Shown here piece by piece: positions 27,612 through 37,620 of a stretch of 64,000 bases of DNA; within the stretch, counting starts at the first letter, position 1; each line of letters begins with the position of its first letter. The stretch is taken from positions 2,210,248 through 2,274,247 of the forward strand of contig OY843751.1 of assembly GCA_963693055.1 (NCBI GenBank). The letters run 5' to 3'. The position numbers were made by a program, and so were the translations under genes. The notes beneath the pieces are model-generated. The model was not told where the DNA came from. It made no database searches and saw only the letters and a program-made list of their open reading frames with translations. The DNA is from a bacterium (GTDB taxonomy: Bacteria; Zhuqueibacterota; Zhuqueibacteria; Residuimicrobiales; Krinioviventaceae).

Positions 27612-27761
27612 ATGTTATGGATTGTCGCTGTTGTACTGATCATTTTGTGGCTTTTGGGACTGGTATCATCTTATACTATGGGCGGGTTCATCCACATTCT
27701 GCTGGTAATTGCCGTCATCGTAATTCTGGTTAAAATTATTCGCGGACGAAAAGTTATTTGA
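27612..27761 (+). CDS. small membrane protein, lmo0937-family-like (49 aa, two TM)
   Basis: GGGAG RBS; MLWIVAVVLIILWLLGLVSSYTMGGFIHILLVIAVIVILVKIIRGRKVI. Confidence 0.5.
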   Translation: MLWIVAVVLIILWLLGLVSSYTMGGFIHILLVIAVIVILVKIIRGRKVI

Positions 27762-27942
27762 TAATCATGCCGTGAGCTGGTTGGTTCCTTGCAGTTGTTA
27801 AGATGATTTCATCCAGCTTTGAAATGTTGGTTGTCTAACCATATACTACCGGAAAAGGACACCAAGCCTTACCAAATTTTATTTTAGATTCTCAAACTGT
27901 GTTGCATCTATTTTGATTATTAATCCAAATTGGAGGTTCCAA

Positions 27943-29523
27943 ATGAGACAAGTCATGTTTTATTTATTGCTGGGTATATTGCTTTTAGCCATTATACCAA
28001 GTTATGCACAATTCGACAATCCTAATATAGGATTTGGTTTTGCCGCTGGTGGCGCTGCTGGTGATAATAGCAATGCTGACAAATGGGTAGTTCAGTATCG
28101 TGGATATCTGCAATATAAAATAATCTCTCCTGTATTGCTGGGTCAACTCGGTGTGGGATACACCAAACTCAACGCTCCGAGCGTGTATGAAACAGAAACC
28201 GTCACGGCTGATATCAGGTTCCTGCTTGTTCCTTTTTCTTTGGAAAAGTTGAACCCATTCTTATATGGTGGTTTTGGTGTAGCCAAAGACATTGCTGAAA
28301 CAGGTTCAGATTACTTGCCAATGGTCCCAATGGGGGCCGGCATTCAGACACGGCTCGGCAGCCAAATGCTTTTGGAACTGAGTGGAGGATATAATCTGGT
28401 TATGTCAGACAAGCTCGATGGGCGTCAACGCACGAGCGCCAATTATAATAGTCTTACCAATAAGAAACATGATGGTTACTTTGGCTTTCTTATCGGACTT
28501 TTGTTTACCGGCACTTCCGGTGCGGATTCCGACGCTGACCATGATGGATTAACTAAAAAGGTTGAAAAAGAACTGGGGACTGATCCCAAGAATGCGGACA
28601 CAGATGGCGATGCTTTGAATGATGGCGCTGAAGTAAATTCATACAATACCTACCCCCTAAAGACAGATAGTGATGCAGACGGTTTGAGCGACGGCGTTGA
28701 AGTGAAAAAATATAAAACCGATCCACTCAATGAGGACAGCGATGAAGACGGTTTGAGTGACGGCGATGAAGTGAATAAATACAAAACCTATCCCCTCAAG
28801 AAAGATAGTGATGCAGACGGTTTGAGCGACGGCGATGAAGTGAAAAAATATAAAACTGATCCACTCAATGAGGACAGCGATGCAGACGGTCTGAATGATG
28901 GTGATGAAGTTAAATATAAATCCAAACCATTAAAAGAGGATTCCGATGGCGATGGTATTAATGATGGTGTGGAAGTAAATCAATACAAATCTGATCCGGC
29001 CAAAGCAGACACGGATGGCGATGGTCTGAGCGATGGCGATGAAGTAAATAAATATAAAACCAGTCCGATTAAAATCGACACGGATGGTGGTAGTGTAGCC
29101 GATGGCGCCGAGATCACAAATAAAACGAATCCGTTGGATAGTCAAGACGATATTAAAAAGCCAATGATTAAACTTGAAAAAGGCAAAAAAGTGGTCCTTA
29201 AAGGAGTTAATTTCGAATCCAATAAAGCGACTTTAACGGCAAACTCTGCAAGTATTCTGGAAAAGGCCTATAACGCACTTGTTGCCAATCCTGATGTGCA
29301 GATTGAAATTTCCGGTCACACAGACAGTCAGGGCAGCGATGAATATAATCAAGCGCTTTCGTTGCGCCGTGCCCAGGCCGTTAAAAATTGGCTGGCACAA
29401 AGAGGTATAGCAGGAAATCGTATGATGACAGTTGGTAAAGGTGAAATGGAACCCATTGCGAATAACAATACGAAAGAAGGCCGTGCGGAGAATCGTCGTA
29501 TTGAATTCTATGTTCAGCAATAG
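27943..29523 (+). CDS. OmpA-family outer-membrane protein with thrombospondin type-3 (Ca-binding D.DxDGxxDxxD) repeats
   Basis: GGAGG RBS; SP; about 10 DSDADGLSDGDEV repeats; C-terminal OmpA_C (...ISGHTDSQGSDEYNQALSLRRAQAV...). Confidence 0.85.
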   Translation: MRQVMFYLLLGILLLAIIPSYAQFDNPNIGFGFAAGGAAGDNSNADKWVVQYRGYLQYKIISPVLLGQLGVGYTKLNAPSVYETETVTADIRFLLVPFSLEKLNPFLYGGFGVAKDIAETGSDYLPMVPMGAGIQTRLGSQMLLELSGGYNLVMSDKLDGRQRTSANYNSLTNKKHDGYFGFLIGLLFTGTSGADSDADHDGLTKKVEKELGTDPKNADTDGDALNDGAEVNSYNTYPLKTDSDADGLSDGVEVKKYKTDPLNEDSDEDGLSDGDEVNKYKTYPLKKDSDADGLSDGDEVKKYKTDPLNEDSDADGLNDGDEVKYKSKPLKEDSDGDGINDGVEVNQYKSDPAKADTDGDGLSDGDEVNKYKTSPIKIDTDGGSVADGAEITNKTNPLDSQDDIKKPMIKLEKGKKVVLKGVNFESNKATLTANSASILEKAYNALVANPDVQIEISGHTDSQGSDEYNQALSLRRAQAVKNWLAQRGIAGNRMMTVGKGEMEPIANNNTKEGRAENRRIEFYVQQ

Positions 29524-29584
29524 ATTGTTTAAAATTCAAGTTTAATCAATCAAAAAGCTGGTTAATAAACAATAAAGAAACAAG

Positions 29585-29640
29585 AGAACGCAAGCCTTTG
29601 GCGGCATCGGCCATTAACCAAAAGCTTGCCCTTCTTTTTA
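29585..29640 (+). terminator. rho-independent terminator after ompA-like gene
   Basis: GCAAGCCTTTGG...CCAAAAGCTTGC + CTTCTTTTT. Confidence 0.5.
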
Positions 29641-29673
29641 CAATAATAGTTACACATGAAAAAGAGGTGTTTT

Positions 29674-29796
29674 GTGAAATTTAAAATGAACATTGGGGCC
29701 GCAGTGGCGCTTTGTGTTACGGCCGCTATTCTGATAGGGTGTAGCCTCAGTAACGCAATGAAAGAGGGCGGGACTTGGAAGAGCAGCTATTGTTGA
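29674..29796 (+). CDS. small lipoprotein (40 aa; entericidin-like size)
   Basis: AAAGAGG RBS; VKFKMNIGAAVALCVTAAILIGCS lipobox. Confidence 0.35.
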   Translation: MKFKMNIGAAVALCVTAAILIGCSLSNAMKEGGTWKSSYC

Positions 29797-30009
29797 AAAT
29801 CATTACTTTATCAGCAAATGGTGTATCTGCTTTCTTGTATCAATCGGGCTTCCCCAATGCGCGCATTGACGATCCGTCCGAGCAATCAATACTTGATGTG
29901 ATCAGGGAATCGTTACGATAAATTAATGCGTTGTTTTTGAAAAAATGTTTGATATTAAAAAAAAACAACGATTATTTTGTTCACTTTTTTAAATAAAAGA
30001 GGTCATAAC

Positions 30010-30135
30010 ATGGGTGACAAAGGTAAAAAAGATCATGAAAAGAAACAAAAACAAAAGTTGCTTCAGGAAAAGGCCAAGACTAAAAAGAAACAAGAAATGG
30101 ACCAAGAGGCAATTCAATGGAAAGACAAAAAATAG
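30010..30135 (+). CDS. small Lys-rich protein (41 aa)
   Basis: AAGAGG RBS; MGDKGKKDHEKKQKQKLLQEKAKTKKKQEMDQEAIQWKDKK. Confidence 0.3.
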   Translation: MGDKGKKDHEKKQKQKLLQEKAKTKKKQEMDQEAIQWKDKK

Positions 30136-30261
30136 TGTTCGTGTTTAGAGAAAACTGGTAATAATCTCTTTTTGGAATAAGATTTAATTTATTGATCAAA
30201 TCCAACTTTTTTTTTAGAAATGTATCAGATTTCGAACAAATCAGCAAGGATAGAGGTAATT

Positions 30262-30576
30262 ATGCAGAGCGATGGAAATATTATATTTGTTGGTATGAAA
30301 ATTAATGAAAGACTTCAAGAACATCTTGATGCCAGCAAGCCTTCTATGAAATCATTCTATGAGACTAATAATCCAGAATTTCTTCAGATCATGAATATTG
30401 ACCATGATGATTACATTGGTAAAGTTATTAAAAGTGGTTCCTCTATTGAGATTTTTAGCAACATACTTTTGAATGTGAAATCTATGCTTAAAATGATATG
30501 CCCCAGATTCATCTTTGCTGATAACACTTTTACGATTTTGGCACTTAACACAATGCCGTCTAGAACTTTTTACTAA
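30262..30576 (+). CDS. hypothetical protein
   Basis: ORF (track start 30220); GAGG RBS before internal ATG. Confidence 0.35.
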   Translation: MQSDGNIIFVGMKINERLQEHLDASKPSMKSFYETNNPEFLQIMNIDHDDYIGKVIKSGSSIEIFSNILLNVKSMLKMICPRFIFADNTFTILALNTMPSRTFY

Positions 30577-30647
30577 TAAGTATTGGATTGTATAGCGATT
30601 ATTAATCCAAAAAAGTTGTGAACATTTTAATCAAAAAGGAAATTACT

Positions 30648-30929
30648 ATGAATATTTATGTAGGTAATCTGTCATCTGACGTAACCGAAGATGATTTAAG
30701 AGAACCATTTGAAGCTTTTGGCAAGATTGATTCCGTTACCCTTGTCAAGGACAAATACAGTGGTGATTCAAAAGGCTTTGGATTTGTAGAGATGTCTTCT
30801 AAAAATGAAGCACATTCTGCTATCGATGGCTTAAATGGCAAGAACTTGAAAGGTAAAAGTATCACAGTTAATGAAGCTCGGCCTCGACCAGATAAAAATA
30901 AACGACATGGAGGAGGAAGACGTTTTTGA
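30648..30929 (+). CDS. RNA-binding protein (RRM domain, Gly/Arg-rich tail)
   Basis: RNP-2 IYVGNL, RNP-1 KGFGFVEM. Confidence 0.85.
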   Translation: MNIYVGNLSSDVTEDDLREPFEAFGKIDSVTLVKDKYSGDSKGFGFVEMSSKNEAHSAIDGLNGKNLKGKSITVNEARPRPDKNKRHGGGRRF

Positions 30930-31555
30930 AAAAACGATTCTATGAATAAACATTAAATATTATATCCCGAGCGCTTTACAGTTTTATCAAACCCAATTAC
31001 TCACAGTCTACCTCTCAATTAGATAAATTTATATGACTATTAATGAGATTAATTGTCCGGTTTAAAATTTTGTGAGTATAGACCTGATTAACTGATTGTA
31101 AAAAACAAGTTAGTGGGCTAACGTTTTCATAGGACATAATTCGCTAACAAGCAAATAAAGAGAAAGAAGATCAACAATATGTCGAATTCAGAAAACATCA
31201 GAGGCGGAACACGTTCTCCTGGTGGGCGGGTGAGAGATTTTTTTTACTGGTTGAGTGGACTTTGGTCGCCTAAATATACTCCCACAAGATCACGATATGG
31301 AGACAAAAAGAGGAAATTAATGTACCGGAATTCAGATTCTAGAGCTCAGTCACAAGAAAAAGATAAGAGTAAATGAAGGATATAACCTTCTGCGTTTTTA
31401 ATGCTTTATTAGCAACATTACTAATAAAAAAAATCAATTTACAGGATTGTTGTTGTAAATACTTGCCGGGAGTGTTTTTAACTTGCAGAAAAGAACAATT
31501 ACCGGAAATAACAACTTTTTTCTGTTGAAAGAAATATTAAATCAGGGAGAATAGC

Positions 31556-32446
31556 ATGATCTTTATTATAGCAGTACTTGTTTCCATTACAGCCTTTTTT
31601 ATATGGCGACATGCCAGGCAGATGGTAAAGCAGAAAAATGTAGCATATCAGACTGTAAAAAACGGAAGCCTTTTGGCTTTAGTGATATTTGGGGTTTTTG
31701 CAATGATTCAATGTTTTACACAGGTCCCGGCAGGGCACGTTGGAGTTGTTGATTTTTTTGGTATTGTGTCAGAAAGAACGCTTCCTTCTGGTATCAACTT
31801 GGTGAATCCATTTGCACGTGTAATCAAATTTTCCATTCAGACCAAAGAACACAAGGAAACCATGGAAGTGCTCTCGCGTGAAGGGCTAACTATTGGTTTA
31901 GAGATAAGCGCACTTTACCGGCTAAATCCAGACTCTTCGGCACGCGTTTACAAGACTGTTGCCGGAGGCGACTATGAAACCATTATTCTAATCCCGCAAT
32001 TTCGTTCCATCAGCCGCGCCGTTACGGCAAGTTTTCAGGCTAGCGCCCTCTATTCAACCGAACGTGACCAGCTTGGCATGGCCATTCAGGAAGAGCTTGC
32101 CAAAGTTGTTTCGCCGCGCGGTGTCATTATAGAGACAACTCCATTGCGTAATGTAGCGCTGCCGGTTCAGCTAACCGAAGCGATTGAGCAAAAACAAAAA
32201 GCCGATCAGGAGAGCCAGCGGATGGAATTTATACTGACGAAAGAGAAACAGGAAGCTGACAGAAAACGGATAGAAGCAAAGGGTATTGCCGATTTTCAGA
32301 CTATTGTGGCAGCAGGTATCAGCGAGCAATTGCTGCGTTGGAAGGGAATAGAAGCCACGGAAAAACTCGCAAGCTCTCAAAACACCAAAGTGATCATTGT
32401 CGGCGCTGGGAAAGACGGATTGCCGATAATCTTGGATACAAATTAG
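31556..32446 (+). CDS. SPFH/band-7 (prohibitin/HflK-like) membrane protein
   Basis: N-terminal TM, SPFH core, coiled-coil EQKQKADQESQRMEF. Confidence 0.7.
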   Translation: MIFIIAVLVSITAFFIWRHARQMVKQKNVAYQTVKNGSLLALVIFGVFAMIQCFTQVPAGHVGVVDFFGIVSERTLPSGINLVNPFARVIKFSIQTKEHKETMEVLSREGLTIGLEISALYRLNPDSSARVYKTVAGGDYETIILIPQFRSISRAVTASFQASALYSTERDQLGMAIQEELAKVVSPRGVIIETTPLRNVALPVQLTEAIEQKQKADQESQRMEFILTKEKQEADRKRIEAKGIADFQTIVAAGISEQLLRWKGIEATEKLASSQNTKVIIVGAGKDGLPIILDTN

Positions 32447-32948
32447 GATGTCTCTATTGATTCGATTTATTGAATCCCAACATATTGTTTTTTCTTGGTG
32501 AACGGAGTTATGTTATTGTTTATCAAACATTTTTCACAAAAAAAAGTTAATTGAACAATATATGAAAAAAACAAAGTTTCAAAACAATAAAGAGTCCAAT
32601 ACTTATAAAAAACTCGCGTTGCCATTTCAACGTCGTCTTTATCGAACAGCGCTTATTTTGACAAAAAGTTCAAATTTGGCAGAAACGCTGGTTGTCGAGA
32701 CTAATATTAAAGCCAGAAAACTATATCATCAACAAAAATTAGATAAAAATTTTAACATTGGCGTCTTGTTATTTCAGTTTTTATTAAAAAATTTCAAGTC
32801 AGATTAGGAAAAATTAGGATTGATATGATATTTTGTACTTTATTATTTGCCTTTATAAGTATAATGATCATTCAATACTTGCAATACAATCCATTTTTGA
32901 AACACACAAATTTTACAACTAATATAACAAAGTAAAATGGAGACTTTA

Positions 32949-33413
32949 ATGTATGTTGAGAAGAATAGAGTGGTCACACTTTATTATACACTGAGTTTGG
33001 ATTCAGGGGAAATAATAGATTCAACGCCCCTACAAAAACCGTTGCATATTCTTGTTGGGTATCATCACATTCTTCCAGGATTGGAAAATGCAATAATTGG
33101 AATGAAAAGTGGTGATAAAAAAAGTGGTACAATTGAACCCAAAGATGCATATGGACTTGTTGATGAAAAACTTTTTAAAGAATATCCGCGAGATCTTTTC
33201 CCCGTGAACATTACTTTACAAAATGGCCAAAGATTAAACAAACTAATGAAAAATGGTCAGCAGATTAAAGTGGTTGTAAAATCATTTAATGCAACTAGAG
33301 TCGTTCTCGATTCAAATCATCCTCTTGCCGGGCAAGAATTGAAATTTAAAACCAAGATTGTAAATATCAGGAAAGCTACTCTTGAAGAACTGAAATCTGG
33401 AATACAAAATTGA
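32949..33413 (+). CDS. FKBP-type peptidyl-prolyl cis-trans isomerase (SlyD-like)
   Basis: MYVEKNRVVTLYYTL...PLHILVGYHHILPGLENAIIGMKSGDKKSGTIEPKDAYG. Confidence 0.75.
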   Translation: MYVEKNRVVTLYYTLSLDSGEIIDSTPLQKPLHILVGYHHILPGLENAIIGMKSGDKKSGTIEPKDAYGLVDEKLFKEYPRDLFPVNITLQNGQRLNKLMKNGQQIKVVVKSFNATRVVLDSNHPLAGQELKFKTKIVNIRKATLEELKSGIQN

Positions 33414-33580
33414 TGGATTAAAGATATGTGTTTACTTTTTCTTGAAAATAGATAGTCTGGATTGAAAAGAACAGTAACATTATTTTTACTGGTGAATTTG
33501 CTACTTTTTTAATTTTTAGCTTAACAAAAGTAAACCAGATGTTTATCAAATTTATAATGATATAATTGAAAGGCTTGTGT

Positions 33581-35266
33581 ATGAAAAATTTATTGGAAAA
33601 AGGAACCCGGTGCCTCATAATACAGTCTGAATTTTCAGAATATAGTTACTGGAATTACACTGATATATGTAAGCTTTTGGGAGCAAAATATCCTGCCGCG
33701 CCCCTGGGCTTGATGACTGTAGCTGCTTTGTTACCACAGCAGTGGAAATTCAAGTTGATTGATAAAAATGTTGAACCTTTACTGGATGAGCACTTTGAGT
33801 GGGCAGATATTGTTTGTATTGGAGGTATGCTTCCTCAGCAAAAAAGTATGATATCTATCATTAATAAAGCACATCAATATGGTCTTCCCGTTGTTATCGG
33901 CGGACCGGACCCAACGTTGCAACCCCAAATGTATCAATCAGCAGATTACCTTGTACTTGGTGAAGGCGAGGTCACCATTCCCATGTTCATACAAGATTTG
34001 GAAAAAGGCAGTAAGAGAGGTGAATACAGGTCAGATGAGAGAGCAGATATGACCCGAGCTGTGGTCCCAAGGTTCGATTTAATTCGTTTCAAAGATTATA
34101 TCCAGGTGGGGATACAGTATTCCCGCGGTTGTCCCTTTAATTGTGAATTTTGTGATATTATAGAACTCAATGGCCGGAAATCGCGGACCAAAACCGAAGC
34201 GCAGGTCATAAAAGAACTCCAAAAGCTTTATGATCTTGGCTATCGGGGGCATATTGACTTTGTGGATGATAATTTTATTGGTAACAAATATAATGTTAGA
34301 AAAGTACTGCCCGTAATTAAGGAGTGGTCTATTGAACACCATTATCCCTTTTATTTTTCAACAGAAGCTTCATTAAATTTGGCCGATGATGAGGAGCTTT
34401 TACAAATGATGCAAGATGTGGATTTCAGGTTTGTATTTATTGGCATTGAGACGCCGGATAATGCAATATTAAAACAGACAAACAAGACCGCAAATATCAA
34501 CATTTCCATTGATAAGGCGATAAGCAAGATTTACGCTTATGGCATGATTGTCAATGCAGGTTTTATCATTGGTTTTGATAATGAAACCGATCAAACCGCT
34601 GAAAACATGATCAGCTGTATTCAGGATTCAGGGATATGCATGGCAATGCTGGGAACGTTGTATGCACTTCCAAATACGCAATTATCCCGGCGTTTGCAAA
34701 GTGAGGGTCGATTGATAGAAGAGGGATCTGAACTTAGGAAGGACATGTCCTTAATAGATCAAATGACCAGCGGCTTAAACTTTATCACTTTAAGACCCAG
34801 GATTGATGTTTTGAAAGACTATGTCCAGGTTATTAAATATATCTATGAGCCAAAACGCTATTATGAGAGAGCCATCCATATGGGCCTTCAGTTGAAACCA
34901 GATTATAAATACAGACCGACTTTGAGAAAAAAATTCAAGTTAGCAAAAGCATTCCTAAAACTTGGTATAAAAGCAGGATTTAATAACATAACAGGATGGC
35001 ACTATTGGAGGATGCTTACCACAATTGCATTTAAAAATCCAAAAGCACTTGAAGCGATGGTAAATTTAGCGGCCATGTATATACATTTTCAAAAGATGTC
35101 AAAATTTATTATTGACCTTACAACCATAGATATCCAAAAATTAGAGCATGGTGAAAAAGAGGTCTCAATTCAATTCTTGTTTCAAAACGAAAAATTTATA
35201 CAGATCCACTCCTTACAAAAAGAGATTGTGGCAAACAGAGCTGCACCGCTTGTCACTTTTAAATAG
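33581..35266 (+). CDS. B12-binding-domain radical SAM protein (class B)
   Basis: CPFNCEFCD CxxxCxxC motif; N-terminal B12-binding-like domain. Confidence 0.8.
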   Translation: MKNLLEKGTRCLIIQSEFSEYSYWNYTDICKLLGAKYPAAPLGLMTVAALLPQQWKFKLIDKNVEPLLDEHFEWADIVCIGGMLPQQKSMISIINKAHQYGLPVVIGGPDPTLQPQMYQSADYLVLGEGEVTIPMFIQDLEKGSKRGEYRSDERADMTRAVVPRFDLIRFKDYIQVGIQYSRGCPFNCEFCDIIELNGRKSRTKTEAQVIKELQKLYDLGYRGHIDFVDDNFIGNKYNVRKVLPVIKEWSIEHHYPFYFSTEASLNLADDEELLQMMQDVDFRFVFIGIETPDNAILKQTNKTANINISIDKAISKIYAYGMIVNAGFIIGFDNETDQTAENMISCIQDSGICMAMLGTLYALPNTQLSRRLQSEGRLIEEGSELRKDMSLIDQMTSGLNFITLRPRIDVLKDYVQVIKYIYEPKRYYERAIHMGLQLKPDYKYRPTLRKKFKLAKAFLKLGIKAGFNNITGWHYWRMLTTIAFKNPKALEAMVNLAAMYIHFQKMSKFIIDLTTIDIQKLEHGEKEVSIQFLFQNEKFIQIHSLQKEIVANRAAPLVTFK

Positions 35267-35325
35267 ATTTGTTTAAATCAAACCATTTTCTTTCTTGGTT
35301 AAAAAAAAACACAAAGAGAACCACT

Positions 35326-37620
35326 ATGATAGATGAATTTAAAGGTCCCATAATAAAACGCATTGCTTTTATTGGTAACTATTTGCCCCGCCAATGTGGA
35401 ATTGCCACATTTACTACTGATTTGTGTGAAGCCATTGCTGCCGAATACAGCGATACAACATGCATTGCATTACCCGTAAATGACAAAGAAACCGGATACG
35501 TTTATCCACCCCGTGTACGTTTTGAATTGACAGAAAAGGACATCGACTCGTATCGCCGTGCCGCTGACTTTATAAACATCAATAATGTTGACCTCACATG
35601 TCTTCAATTCGAATATGGTATCTTTGGTGGACGAGCTGGCAGTCACATCCTGGCGCTCTTGCGCGAGCTGTGCATGCCTGTTGTCACAACTTTGCACACG
35701 ATTTTACGCGATCCCAGTCCTGAACAACGTCGTGTTTTGGAAAAAGTCGCAGCGCTATCCGATCGGTTGGTTGTTATGAGTGAACGGGGTGTAGAATTTT
35801 TAAAAAAAGTCTATAAAGTGTCACCAAATAAGATAGATTTTATTCCTCACGGAATTCCTGACGTGCCTTTTGTCGACCCGAGCTTTCACAAAGATCTGTT
35901 TGGTGTTGAGGGCAAAACCGTTTTACTGAGCTTTGGCCTGCTCTCTGCGAATAAAGGCATCGAGACTGTTATTTCGGCACTTCCTGCCATTGTCGCCCGT
36001 TATCCTGACTTGGTATACATCATCCTTGGCGCCACTCACCCACATGTCATTCAACACGAAGGTGAAGCTTATCGTTTATCCCTACAATTGCTGACTCAGG
36101 AGAAAGGTGTGGAGAACCATGTTGTTTTCTACAACCAGTTTGTCAGTTTAGATGAACTTGTGCAGTTCATTGGGGCGGCAGATATTTACATTACACCTTA
36201 TCTCAATGCAGCGCAGATCACCTCTGGTACACTGGCCTATACTCTGGGTGCAGGTAAAGCCATTATTTCGACACCGTATTGGTATGCAGAAGAAATACTG
36301 GCCAAAGGAAGAGGGGTTTTGGTTCCTTTTCAGGATCCGAACGCAATGGCCAGTCAGGTGATTAACCTTTTAGATAACGAATCCCAGCGCCACGCCATGC
36401 GAAAGCGAGCCTATGTATTTGGACGTGATATGATTTGGCCGCAAGTGGCACGACGTTATATGGAAAGCTTTGAACGCGCAAGCGCCGATCGCAGGCATTT
36501 CATTTCGGCCGGTTTAGTGATCAAACCGCTCAAACAACGTTCAAGTGTCTTGCCGTCAATCAAACTCGATCACCTGCATCATATGACGGACGATACCGGT
36601 GTGTTACAACACGCTTCTTTTATAATACCCAACTATTACGAGGGATACAGCATTGACGATAATGCCCGTGCTCTAATAGTGAGCACCTTTCTTGCAGAAT
36701 TGGAACCGGGTAACAGAGAAGCCTTGGACCTGGCTTCTTGTTATCTCGCATTTATCGGCTATGCATTCAATACTGAAACCGGCCGTTTTCGTAACTTTAT
36801 GAATTATCAGCGAAACTGGCTAGAGAAAAGTGGTTCGGAGGACAGTCATGGCCGCACATTGTGGGCGTTGGGAACTGTTTTGGGCCGTTCCAGCAACCCG
36901 GCCCTGCAAAGCATGACCGGCAGTCTGTTTGAACAAGCCTTGCCATCTATTCTCAACACAACCAGCCCACGGGCCTGGGCCTTTACCCTCATTGGTATAC
37001 ACGAATATCTGCGACGTTTTGATGGCGATCGCCAGGCCAGTCAAATTCGCGATAATTTAGCTGAACGTTTACTAAAGTTGTATCATAGTAATCGATTTGA
37101 TGATTGGCTCTGGTTTGAAGCAGGATTAACGTATTGTAACGCTGTACTGTCACAGGCCATGCTGATGTGCGGTCAATGGATCCCGAACAAGGCTATGACT
37201 GAGGCCGGACTGGAATCGCTCGGTTGGCTGGCTGAAATACAAAGAGCAGAAACAATGGGTGGGCATTTTGTACCTATCGGCTCTAACGGATTTTTCGAAC
37301 GTGGGGGTGAACAGTCTAGATTTGATCAACAACCGGTAGAGGCCCAAACTATGGCTTCCGCCTGTCTTGAAGCTTTCCGCAACACAGGTGACGAACGCTG
37401 GCTTAAAGAAGCACGGCGTGCCTTTGATTGGTTTTTGGGGCGTAATGACTTGAACCTGCCTGTTTATGATCCAACAACAGGGGGATGCCGGGACGGCCTA
37501 CATCCTGACCGCCCAAATGAAAATCAAGGTGCCGAGTCAACACTTGCGTTTCTACAGACTTTGTTAGAGTTGCGCCTGTCTGAGAATTTTTCACTATCAA
37601 TGGAGACACAAACAAAATGA
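35326..37620 (+). CDS. glycosyltransferase family 4 (GT1-fold) fused to C-terminal (alpha/alpha)6 glycoside-hydrolase-like domain
   Basis: RIAFIGNYLPRQCGIATFTTDL..; C-terminal six-hairpin-like region. Confidence 0.7.
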   Translation: MIDEFKGPIIKRIAFIGNYLPRQCGIATFTTDLCEAIAAEYSDTTCIALPVNDKETGYVYPPRVRFELTEKDIDSYRRAADFININNVDLTCLQFEYGIFGGRAGSHILALLRELCMPVVTTLHTILRDPSPEQRRVLEKVAALSDRLVVMSERGVEFLKKVYKVSPNKIDFIPHGIPDVPFVDPSFHKDLFGVEGKTVLLSFGLLSANKGIETVISALPAIVARYPDLVYIILGATHPHVIQHEGEAYRLSLQLLTQEKGVENHVVFYNQFVSLDELVQFIGAADIYITPYLNAAQITSGTLAYTLGAGKAIISTPYWYAEEILAKGRGVLVPFQDPNAMASQVINLLDNESQRHAMRKRAYVFGRDMIWPQVARRYMESFERASADRRHFISAGLVIKPLKQRSSVLPSIKLDHLHHMTDDTGVLQHASFIIPNYYEGYSIDDNARALIVSTFLAELEPGNREALDLASCYLAFIGYAFNTETGRFRNFMNYQRNWLEKSGSEDSHGRTLWALGTVLGRSSNPALQSMTGSLFEQALPSILNTTSPRAWAFTLIGIHEYLRRFDGDRQASQIRDNLAERLLKLYHSNRFDDWLWFEAGLTYCNAVLSQAMLMCGQWIPNKAMTEAGLESLGWLAEIQRAETMGGHFVPIGSNGFFERGGEQSRFDQQPVEAQTMASACLEAFRNTGDERWLKEARRAFDWFLGRNDLNLPVYDPTTGGCRDGLHPDRPNENQGAESTLAFLQTLLELRLSENFSLSMETQTK

